A stretch of 64,000 nt of DNA from Clostridia bacterium. Lineage in GTDB: Bacteria > Bacillota > Clostridia > RUG12999. Shown here piece by piece: positions 49,819-57,226 of the stretch. The stretch lies in NCBI GenBank assembly GCA_017467445.1, contig JAFTSG010000011.1:24017-88016 (forward strand), given 5' to 3'. The notes beneath the pieces were generated by a model. That model had not been told where the DNA came from and ran no database searches. It was given only the letters and a program-made list of their open reading frames with translations. The position numbers and the translations under genes are program-made. Position 1 is the stretch's first letter, and each line of letters opens with the position of its first letter.

Positions 49819-50607
49819 TTATTTCAAGTATTTTTTGATTGTATTTCCTTCAGGGTCGGAATAAATGTTTATTTTATATTGTTCTTTTGTAACCGCTGTT
49901 TTTATAACAACAGGTTTATTATAGAAAATTTTTTCGGCATCGTGAGCCTCGCCTGATATTCTTTCGTATCCGAACGCTTCAAGATACGTCTCGTATTTTA
50001 TTACGTTTTCCATCCCTGCAGCTTTTATGTCATATGTTATTACTGCGCCTGACGAATCCCTGACGTATTCTGTAAGAACAAAGCTGTCCGACGCACTCAT
50101 TGGTGACGGAATTTCCACAAATTCGCCAAACGGCACAAACTTACAGTCAAGATATGGCGGCGTTATTGTAACCGTATAAGTATCGCCATCCCAGTCAACT
50201 CCGGCGCCGCTGCCTTCGGATACAAACCGAAGCGGCACAAACGTTCTTGAATCTTTTATAAACGGCGCTGTTTCCAGTATTTTCGCCTCGCCGTTTTTAT
50301 ATGCAACCGGATTATCAATATAAAGCAGAATGTGTGTGCCATCATCAAATACGGCTTCTACCCTGCGGGCATCGCCGTCCCATCCTACTGTTGCGCCAAG
50401 CTCTTCAAAAATTTTACGCATCGGCACCATTGTTCTGCCATTTATTATAACCGGATCCGAATCAAACACAAGTTTTTCGCCGTCAAAAATAACGGTTATT
50501 TCTTTTTCCGTTTTCGGTGCCGGTGCTATAAGAAGTCCTTCTGCCGCAAATACAACGGATGAAAAGCAAAAAAATGCCATAAGCACAAGCGATATTATCT
50601 TTTTCAT
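49819..50607 (-). CDS. secreted protein with copper-amine-oxidase N-terminal-like (stalk) domain
   Basis: 262 aa with a signal peptide. The domain reads INGRTMVPMRKIFEELGATVGWDGDARRV and FVPLRFVSEGSGAGVDWDGDT. Confidence 0.7.
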   Translation of the reverse strand: MKKIISLVLMAFFCFSSVVFAAEGLLIAPAPKTEKEITVIFDGEKLVFDSDPVIINGRTMVPMRKIFEELGATVGWDGDARRVEAVFDDGTHILLYIDNPVAYKNGEAKILETAPFIKDSRTFVPLRFVSEGSGAGVDWDGDTYTVTITPPYLDCKFVPFGEFVEIPSPMSASDSFVLTEYVRDSSGAVITYDIKAAGMENVIKYETYLEAFGYERISGEAHDAEKIFYNKPVVIKTAVTKEQYKINIYSDPEGNTIKKYLK

Positions 50608-50641
50608 AGACTTTCCTCCGTATAATTTAGCTACTTATTAT

Positions 50642-50670
50642 ATTATAACAGCAAACTTATATTTTGTCTA
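50642..50670 (-). promoter_or_regulatory. sigma-A-type promoter of the 49819-50607 gene
   Basis: The minus strand reads TAGACA, a 17-nt spacer, then TGtTATAAT. The short 5' UTR contains AGCTAAATT (50632-50624) just before the GGAGG RBS. Confidence 0.55.
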
Positions 50671-50678
50671 TAGTTTTT

Positions 50679-51350
50679 TTAATTTGTCTTTTCAAATCCA
50701 AGCATCTTTGCAAGCGCATCAATATGCTTGTTGTAGTACACTGTTTTTTTCTCGGTATCAAGCACCGCATTTACTCTCGGACGTATTGTAAAAAACAGTT
50801 TATCAGCATCTTTTTCGGGAATTTGGGCAGCAAGTACAGGAATTTCGCTAAGCGGTATTTTTACAAACTCTTCCGGGTCGTGCCCTGTTTCATAGCCTTC
50901 AAACTCCGCATATGTTCCCACCGCAGTATAATGAAAAAACAACTGATATGCTTCTTCATCAAGAATATGATAAAGCTGACTTCTGTCGGCCACCGATGTC
51001 ATAAGTTTTGTCTGGAGTGTAACATAGGATTCGGGAGCTTCAACCTTCAGTCTTTCGTCAAGGTAGTTATAGTTTATCTGCATCATAACCCTGCCGTCTT
51101 CATTGAAATCCATCCCCTGTTCATTAAACGCATCTTCAAGCCCGAAAATTACCTCTTCAGGAACAAAATTTTCATAGCTTGCCATAAGCACTTTTGCATC
51201 CGGGCGGGGCTGATTAAGTGCATATATAAGATACCATATACAAAGGATTCCGCAGATTATAAGCACCGTATGAAGCCAAAAATAATCTATAAAAAACTGA
51301 AGTTTCTGTCCTTTCGGAACTTCTGATATTTTCCTTACGCTTTCTGCCAT
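50679..51350 (-). CDS. hypothetical membrane-anchored protein
   Basis: 223 aa with one transmembrane helix (LHTVLIICGILCIWYLIYAL) and an acidic extracytoplasmic domain. I recognise no motif. Confidence 0.5.
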   Translation of the reverse strand: MAESVRKISEVPKGQKLQFFIDYFWLHTVLIICGILCIWYLIYALNQPRPDAKVLMASYENFVPEEVIFGLEDAFNEQGMDFNEDGRVMMQINYNYLDERLKVEAPESYVTLQTKLMTSVADRSQLYHILDEEAYQLFFHYTAVGTYAEFEGYETGHDPEEFVKIPLSEIPVLAAQIPEKDADKLFFTIRPRVNAVLDTEKKTVYYNKHIDALAKMLGFEKTN

Positions 51351-51449
51351 TTTAAAGCCGACCTTTCAATACAAATATATATGTATTATTATATAGAACT
51401 CCGCCTTTAATGTCAACAATAATATTTACATAAAACAGCAGAACATCTA

Positions 51450-51478
51450 TTGACAAAAAGCGCATTATATAGTAAAAT
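51450..51478 (+). promoter_or_regulatory. sigma-A-type promoter of the second pgsA-like gene
   Basis: TTGACA, a 17-nt spacer, then TAAAAT, followed by a leader of about 135 nt. Confidence 0.5.
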
Positions 51479-51615
51479 TTAAACATCTGTTACAGTAAGG
51501 GTTATTTTTAAAACTGGAACAGGGCCCTGAAATATGTATCAAAAAGAAACTGCTGCAGCTGAAACAGGGATTTGCACAGCACTGTAATGCAAAAAAGAGG
51601 GGAATTATTTTTACC

Positions 51616-52134
51616 ATGAAAAAAGTACCTAATATCCTTACTTTTTTAAGGATTTTACTTGTTCCGGTGTTTATATATTACTACTGGATAAACAATTTTA
51701 TAGCCGCAGGAATTTTTGTTCTTGCCTGCGTAACCGACCTTGTAGACGGATATCTTGCAAGAAAATATAATGCAATAAGCAAATTCGGTACGCTTTGCGA
51801 CCCGCTTGCAGACAAGCTACTTCAAATTTCGGCAGTTGTGTGTCTGTGGCTCGGGGGAATTCTGCCGCCGTGGGTTGTTCTTATCGTAGCGCTTAAAGAG
51901 CTTATGATGATTGTGGGCGCACTTTTCCTGCTGATTAAGAAAATTGTTGTTCCGGCAAATAAAGTAGGAAAACTCGGTTCGTTTGTAATATTCTTTACCG
52001 TTACCTACCTTATCGCAATGCCGAGTGTCAATATTTCAACGGTTGCAATTTCCTGCCTTATAGGGCTTGTTTCCATTGTATCGCTGGTAAATTACGCAAG
52101 ACTATTTATCGAAATAATTCATTCTAAAAAATAA
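51616..52134 (+). CDS. CDP-alcohol phosphatidyltransferase (second PgsA-like paralog)
   Basis: 172 aa with the motif DLVDGYLARKYNAISKFGTLCDPLADK. Confidence 0.8.
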   Translation: MKKVPNILTFLRILLVPVFIYYYWINNFIAAGIFVLACVTDLVDGYLARKYNAISKFGTLCDPLADKLLQISAVVCLWLGGILPPWVVLIVALKELMMIVGALFLLIKKIVVPANKVGKLGSFVIFFTVTYLIAMPSVNISTVAISCLIGLVSIVSLVNYARLFIEIIHSKK

Positions 52135-52169
52135 CTAAAACCCCGCTTGCTGATGCAAGCGGGGTTTTT
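52120..52169 (+). repeat. direct repeat L (gene 3' end + terminator) bracketing the SLOG-XRE cassette
   Basis: CATTCTAAA..TAA..CCCCGCTTGCTGATGCAAGCGGGG+T5 is repeated at 53270-53321. The hairpin itself (52141-52164) is an intrinsic terminator for the pgsA-like gene. Confidence 0.8.
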
Positions 52170-52178
52170 GCGGAATTA

Positions 52179-52337
52179 AGCCTCCCTTGTGTAAATGGAG
52201 GTGGCGAGGAACGAGCCGGAGGGATTGTTGCAACCCCCGTCATTCTGAGCAAAGTGAAGAATCTCACGAGATCCTTCGGTCACCTTTCGTTCCCTCAGTA
52301 TGACAACCGTAGGGACCTGCCTCCCGGACGGTCCGCA
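52179..52337 (+). repeat. REP-like mosaic repeat block, locus 3
   Basis: It contains GCCTCCCTTGTGTAAATGGAGG, GGAGGGATTGTTGCAACCCC, GTCATTCTGAGCAAAGTGAAGAATCTCACGAGATCCTTCGG.. and an inverted hairpin-CTAC unit (CCGTAGGGACC..GGTCC). Confidence 0.8.
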
Positions 52338-52805
52338 TTATTCTTTTTCAATAGCAATATTTATTATTTTCTTACCAGCCTTTTCGGCATAACACATCGC
52401 CTTATATGCCCCGCCACTGCCATTTTTAACGAAGCATATTACCAAATCCGCCCTGTCCACCATACTGCAGTTTCTTTCGTACATAGCAGATTTATAATGC
52501 GAGGCATTAAAAATTTCAATTTCGTCATAATACTTTTCAAAATACTCCTCATTTTTTGAAAACTCTGCCGTTTCATATGGCAAAACAAGAACAAGCGCGC
52601 TATTATCATCACGAAAATTTTTCTTTGCGCGGCGCACGCACGATGCGGCAAAACGGTCAAATTCACCGTTTCTTCCAACAAGGAACTCCACGTATTCATT
52701 ATTATTCAGTAACCCGCGCAATATATATTCCATTCTCTGTTCATATTTATTATTCATACAAAAATCTCTATGTCCGAAAAAAGCACAACTAAATGTATTC
52801 AGCAT
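52338..52805 (-). CDS. DUF1273 / YpsA-like SLOG-family protein
   Basis: 155 aa, counted from the ATG at 52805 (RBS GAGGTG). The N-terminal CAFFGHRDF is typical of the family, and the layout is Rossmann-like. Confidence 0.65.
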   Translation of the reverse strand: MLNTFSCAFFGHRDFCMNNKYEQRMEYILRGLLNNNEYVEFLVGRNGEFDRFAASCVRRAKKNFRDDNSALVLVLPYETAEFSKNEEYFEKYYDEIEIFNASHYKSAMYERNCSMVDRADLVICFVKNGSGGAYKAMCYAEKAGKKIINIAIEKE

Positions 52806-52957
52806 AATACACCTCAATAATCTTTTATGCTATTATACATTATTTTTGCTCATAAATCAACACTATCAGTTATACTATCTTCCTTTTAGTTTGTTCATAG
52901 TTTTGTGTTTTTAATCTATACTATTAGTAATACATATAGACTAATAGGAGGGGCAAA

Positions 52958-53281
52958 ATGGATTTATCCGCTATAGGTCGCAATATAAGAAAATACAGAA
53001 CTCAAAAGAAACTTCGTCAGGAAGAATTAGCCGAAAAAACCTCTTTAAGCACCAACTACGTTGGAATGGTTGAACGCGGCGAAAAGATTCCTGCACTTGA
53101 AACATTTTTAAAATTTGCAGATGCCCTTGAAGTTTCTGCCGATATGCTTCTTGTTGACGTAACATATCACGGTTATACAATAAAAGACTCTCTTCTTGCT
53201 GAAAAGCTGGAAAAGTTAAGTCCTGCTGACAGAGAAAAAATTTATGATGTTATTGATACAATGATAAAACATTCTAAATAA
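52958..53281 (+). CDS. XRE-family helix-turn-helix transcriptional regulator
   Basis: 107 aa with the HTH KKLRQEELAEKTSLSTNYVGMVERGEK. It is divergent from the SLOG gene. Confidence 0.85.
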   Translation: MDLSAIGRNIRKYRTQKKLRQEELAEKTSLSTNYVGMVERGEKIPALETFLKFADALEVSADMLLVDVTYHGYTIKDSLLAEKLEKLSPADREKIYDVIDTMIKHSK

Positions 53282-53321
53282 AACAACCCCCCGCTTGCTG
53301 ATGCAAGCGGGGGGTTTTAAT
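53270..53321 (+). repeat. direct repeat R (gene 3' end + terminator)
   Basis: CATTCTAAATAA..CCCCCCGCTTGCTGATGCAAGCGGGGGG plus a T-run. The core is identical to 52141-52164. It also acts as the terminator of the XRE gene. Confidence 0.8.
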
Positions 53322-53371
53322 TTTTTTGCCACAGGCAAAAATTATCTTACCTCTTCACTATTCACTGAATT

Positions 53372-54469
53372 TTATTTCATCGCCGCACTGTTATTAAGGA
53401 GTGATGTGCTGTAGATAAACAGGGTGTCGGCGTTTTCAAATTCTGCAAAATTTCCTATAAATGCACTTTGCATATAACGTATATCTATTACCGTTGTCTT
53501 TTTATACCCTTGAGCAAGGAGTGGTGCTATGCTTGAGCCGAATGAATCGCGGAAAATTACAAGCTCTTTTTCGTTTCCCGCATTCGGATTTTCTATTGTA
53601 AGAAGCGGCATTGAACCCGACAAAAACATTTCGTACGGGTCTTTCCCAAATGCTTTTTCCATATCGTACATTTCACCGGGTTCGGGACTTCCGCTGCCGT
53701 AGTAGGTAACCTTAAATTCCGACATAACATCATTTGTAAGATATTTTATCTCATCCGGCTTTACCGGCAGGGCACTTTGACCTGCATACACGCCGTAAAA
53801 TGGATTTTCGAGGGTGTTTATTGTATATTCCCCCAAAATATCGCTGCCCATTTCCTTTGCAATATGCCCTGCAATATCCACTATATTTTCCTGACGCCAG
53901 TGGCTGTCGGTTTTATAATAATCGTCAAGTGAGAGCATGGGCGCAACATCAATATATTTCATATACTGCGTGCGGGATTTCATACCCTCTGTAAACGCAT
54001 CGTAATCAAGACCGGGGTATCCGCCCTGCGGTGCAAGAATAAAGTTTTTATCCGGCACTATGGCAAAATAAATATTGTCATTTTTCAAAAACTTATTTTT
54101 TATTTCAAGGAATTTATTTGCGGCATAGTCCATCATATCTTCATTTTGCGGAGTGTCAAGTTTTGAAAGATGCCCCTGTGATGCAAAAAGCCCGTTATTA
54201 TCAAGCTTTCCGAGAGCGCCTGTGGCAAAAAGCGCTTTAACCGTTCTTAATTTTTCACGCATTGGGAACTGGTCGGTACTGTAGGCTTCAAACCCGTCCG
54301 CAAACTCGCCCGAGAAGAGCGTTTCGCTTGACAGTTCCGGCATTTTTGCAAGCGCACGGCGCTCGCCCGGGGAATATTCGCCCTGCGGTTTTAATATGCA
54401 TACGGCAGAAACCGAAAAAATCAAAACCGCAAACAAAACTGTTGTTATAATGTTTTTAATTTTATTCAT
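53372..54469 (-). CDS. DHHW-family protein (partner of MBOAT acyltransferase)
   Basis: 365 aa, counted from the ATG at 54469 (RBS GGAGGA). It has an N-terminal anchor and the motif YKTDSHWRQEN. It lies downstream of an MBOAT gene, which is the usual pairing. Confidence 0.7.
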   Translation of the reverse strand: MNKIKNIITTVLFAVLIFSVSAVCILKPQGEYSPGERRALAKMPELSSETLFSGEFADGFEAYSTDQFPMREKLRTVKALFATGALGKLDNNGLFASQGHLSKLDTPQNEDMMDYAANKFLEIKNKFLKNDNIYFAIVPDKNFILAPQGGYPGLDYDAFTEGMKSRTQYMKYIDVAPMLSLDDYYKTDSHWRQENIVDIAGHIAKEMGSDILGEYTINTLENPFYGVYAGQSALPVKPDEIKYLTNDVMSEFKVTYYGSGSPEPGEMYDMEKAFGKDPYEMFLSGSMPLLTIENPNAGNEKELVIFRDSFGSSIAPLLAQGYKKTTVIDIRYMQSAFIGNFAEFENADTLFIYSTSLLNNSAAMK

Positions 54470-54480
54470 TATTTCCTCCA

Positions 54481-54694
54481 AGCCGAGGGGAATAGAACCC
54501 CATAAGCCTTAAACTTTTTAAGTTTTCATTCTTGTAATTTGTCATCCTTTAAGGTCGAAGAGTTTAAAACCCTTAAATTTTGATGGAAGACAAAGAAAAT
54601 TCAAAAATAATACTCGCGTATATTTGCAGAATTTTCTGCAGTATAACGCAAAATTTATGGTTTTAAACCTTGTGGGGCTCAATTCCACTCGGCT
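54481..54694 (+). repeat. 214-bp MITE-like element, copy 2
   Basis: It has the same length, orientation and ends as 45863-46076. It fills the whole MBOAT-DHHW intergenic space. Confidence 0.85.
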
Positions 54695-54695
54695 T

Positions 54696-56081
54696 TTAAA
54701 ATCTAAAGTACAAAAACGGATTGAACGATCCGTCGGCAAGATATGCCGTTGCAATGATAAGAAGTACAAAAAGTACGGGAATTTCAAGGATGTCTGTAAG
54801 TTTTGACGGAAGTTTGTTTTTTACCATTGTAACAAGCGGTGTTGCACCGACTGCCGCAATAACAAGCAGCGGTCCAAAGCTGCGGAGATTATATACAAAC
54901 TCCGCAGAAATAAACGGCAGTTCTCCTGCGCCGAACATTCCGCCGAGGGCGGAAAGCGCCTGTCCCATTCCCGATGCAGAAAAGATGCCAAAGCTTATTG
55001 CCACAAAGAACAGTACATAAATGTGATTTAGTCCTTTTGCACGTTCAAGATATTTTGCAAGAACAAATTTTTCAAGCATTAAAAAGACCGCAAAATAGAG
55101 TCCCCATACAATGAAATTCCATTCCGCTCCGTGCCAGAAGCCCGTTAAAAACCATACTGTAAGAATATTGAAAACAAGGCGGATTTTACCCACACGGTTG
55201 CCGCCCATCGGGATATATACATAATCCCTGAACCAGCTGCCGAGCGAGATATGCCATCTGCGCCAGAATTCGCTTATGCTGCGGGAAATGAACGGATAGC
55301 AGAAGTTTTCCATAAAGTCAAATCCAAAGATTTTTCCAAGTCCGATTGCCATATCGCTGTAGCCGGAAAAATCGAAATAAATCTGCAACATATAAGCTAT
55401 TACAAACAGCCAGTAGAACAGCACCGATTTGTCGCCCGAAGCGTGAAATGCCTCGCAAAGCTCGCCGAGAGTGTTTGCAATTATAACTTTTTTGGCAAGT
55501 CCAAGGATAAACCTGCGTATACCGAGTGCGGCTTTTTCAAAGCTGTGTGTGCGGGTTTGCAGTTGCAACTCAACATCGCTGTAGCGCACAATAGGCCCTG
55601 CAATAAGCTGTGGGAAAAGAGCCACATATGCGCCGAGGGTTATGGGGTTTTTCTGCGCCGCCACGTTCCCTCTGTATACGTCAATTGTATAGCTTAAAAT
55701 CTGGAATGTGTAAAAGCTTATTCCGATAGGAAGTGCAATTTTCAGCATACCTACCGAAAGACCTGTTATTTTATTGAAGTTTGCAATGAAAAAATCGGCA
55801 TATTTAAAATATCCGAGCATCCCAAGAGAAAAGAGCGCTGATATGCCGAGGAAAACTTTTGAAAGCGGTTTCCCACGGAATTTTTCAATTGCAATACCAA
55901 GCACATAGTTTACGAGTATGCTTGCAATCATTAAAAATACGTATTTCGGCTCGCCCCACGCATAAAACGCAAGACTCGACACAAGAAGTACCGCATTTTT
56001 AATGGGTTTCGGCACGGCAAAATATAAGAGTATTACCGCCGGCAGAAAATAGTATAAAAATGATATACTTGAAAAAAGCAT
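54696..56081 (-). CDS. MBOAT-family O-acyltransferase (AlgI/DltB-like)
   Basis: 461 aa and polytopic, with the conserved His region SISEFWRRWHISLGSWFRDYVYIPMGGNR. Confidence 0.85.
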   Translation of the reverse strand: MLFSSISFLYYFLPAVILLYFAVPKPIKNAVLLVSSLAFYAWGEPKYVFLMIASILVNYVLGIAIEKFRGKPLSKVFLGISALFSLGMLGYFKYADFFIANFNKITGLSVGMLKIALPIGISFYTFQILSYTIDVYRGNVAAQKNPITLGAYVALFPQLIAGPIVRYSDVELQLQTRTHSFEKAALGIRRFILGLAKKVIIANTLGELCEAFHASGDKSVLFYWLFVIAYMLQIYFDFSGYSDMAIGLGKIFGFDFMENFCYPFISRSISEFWRRWHISLGSWFRDYVYIPMGGNRVGKIRLVFNILTVWFLTGFWHGAEWNFIVWGLYFAVFLMLEKFVLAKYLERAKGLNHIYVLFFVAISFGIFSASGMGQALSALGGMFGAGELPFISAEFVYNLRSFGPLLVIAAVGATPLVTMVKNKLPSKLTDILEIPVLFVLLIIATAYLADGSFNPFLYFRF

Positions 56082-56100
56082 AATCTTCTCCTTATATTAA

Positions 56101-56131
56101 AAGGCTGACATAGTCAGCCTTTTTTGTTTTT
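56101..56131. terminator. hairpin just upstream of the MBOAT RBS (terminator/attenuator shape)
   Basis: AAGGCTGAC-ata-GTCAGCCTT with T6GT5 on the plus side and A-runs on the other side. On the minus strand it is followed only by TTTTAATAT. Confidence 0.45.
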
Positions 56132-56190
56132 ATTGGTTTGCATATGTTCCAACACTGCACGATTTGCGGCGCGGAAAAGCAGACCGGATT

Positions 56191-56265
56191 GGACAAACTT
56201 CAGTCCCGAAGCTGTACGATGGTACTGCGAGAGGTGAAGTTTGTTCAAAGCGCAAAGCATTCAAT
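56191..56265 (-). repeat. structured element A (paralog of 61941-62027)
   Basis: The minus strand reads AATGCTTTGCGCTTTGAACAAACTTCACCTCTCGCAGTACCATCGTACAGCTTCGGGACTGAAGTTTGTCC. It shares about 70% identity and the same hairpin layout with element B. Confidence 0.6.
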
Positions 56266-56376
56266 TAAGAAATTCGCAAAGCGAATTTCAACCAACAGGT
56301 TTTATCTTTCAATATTGACTTTACCCAATATTATAACTTTGCTTTGCGCGGTGCGGGCGCTTTAACGCGGCGCAAA

Positions 56377-57036
56377 TTATTCTTCAAAGCTTGTCGGGCA
56401 CATTACAAAGAATACTTTGTTTCCTGCGCTGCCCGCAACCATTTCGTCTGCAGATGTGCAGATGTTCCAGCGGAGGTTTGCTGCAGATTTAAGGTTTGCA
56501 ATAAATGCCGGTGCATCCGCTGCGTTTTCAAGTGTAAATACGTATCCTACAAACGGGATTGTACCAATCATCGGCATAAATACTGCGCCTTCTTTAAATC
56601 CTTTGATTTCTGTGTTGTCAAAACCTGTAAGGTATCCCGGTTCAATAGCCATTGCGCCTACAGGAACTTTAATTGCGGGGTTTGCTGAAAGGCTTTCTGC
56701 AACGGAAAGTGCGCTTCCGCCAGAATTAGCTTTAAATGCCGCAAGAAGTGTGTTACCAACTGTTTTCGTTTCTTCCGGAGTCGGTTCGGGAGTAGGGGTA
56801 GTAACCGGAGCTTCAGATGCTTCAGGTGCCTTTTCCTGCTGTTTTGTTTCTTCGGGGTTTTTTGTTTCTTCCGGTGATTTTTCCGGAACTTCCGGCGACT
56901 CTTCCGGAGCAGGAGTTTCGGTAATCGCGCCTGCTGCAACTGATTCATCCGGCTGGATTTCTGCCGGTTTATTACTGCACGCCGCCATTGATAAAACAAG
57001 CGCCGCTGCAATCATTATTGTAAGTATTTTTTTCAT
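56377..57036 (-). CDS. lipoprotein with Pro/Glu/Thr-rich linker
   Basis: 219 aa with the lipobox LSMAAC, the linker PEESPEVPEKSPEETKNPEETKQQEKAPE and a C-terminal globular domain of unknown function. Confidence 0.65.
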   Translation of the reverse strand: MKKILTIMIAAALVLSMAACSNKPAEIQPDESVAAGAITETPAPEESPEVPEKSPEETKNPEETKQQEKAPEASEAPVTTPTPEPTPEETKTVGNTLLAAFKANSGGSALSVAESLSANPAIKVPVGAMAIEPGYLTGFDNTEIKGFKEGAVFMPMIGTIPFVGYVFTLENAADAPAFIANLKSAANLRWNICTSADEMVAGSAGNKVFFVMCPTSFEE

Positions 57037-57144
57037 TTTTTCTGTCTCCTTCTTGTTAATTTAACATAGCATTTGTATTATACTAAAAAAGAACCTTTAT
57101 GTCAATGACCAATTCATTTCATAAATATTAAAGTTTTATTACAT

Positions 57145-57183
57145 AAAAAAGCCTCCGCTTTCTGCGGAGGCATTTATTTTTTT
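57145..57183. terminator. terminator downstream of the VanW-family gene (bidirectional shape)
   Basis: Hairpin GCCTCCGC-tttc-TGCGGAGGC, flanked by A6 and a T-run. Confidence 0.7.
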
Positions 57184-57212
57184 GAGATTCTTCGCTCCCG
57201 CTCAGAATGACA
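57184..57212 (-). repeat. REP-like repeat, locus 4 (half-unit)
   Basis: GAGATTCTTCGCTCCCGCTCAGAATGACA is the inverted 5' arm of the long hairpin module seen at 30569-30600. Confidence 0.7.
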
Positions 57213-57226
57213 AGGATACACCACTA

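Noticed and set aside
56138-56365. A 75-aa plus-strand ORF in the lipoprotein-MBOAT spacer.
   Set aside because: It has no RBS and is antisense to the operon direction. It overlaps structured element A and a GC-rich hairpin, so a non-coding interpretation is preferred.
56417-57064. A 215-aa plus-strand ORF, plus a 117-aa minus-strand ORF in another frame.
   Set aside because: They overlap the lipoprotein gene, which has a signal peptide, a lipobox and an RBS. The alternatives are low-complexity translations of the Pro/Glu-rich linker.
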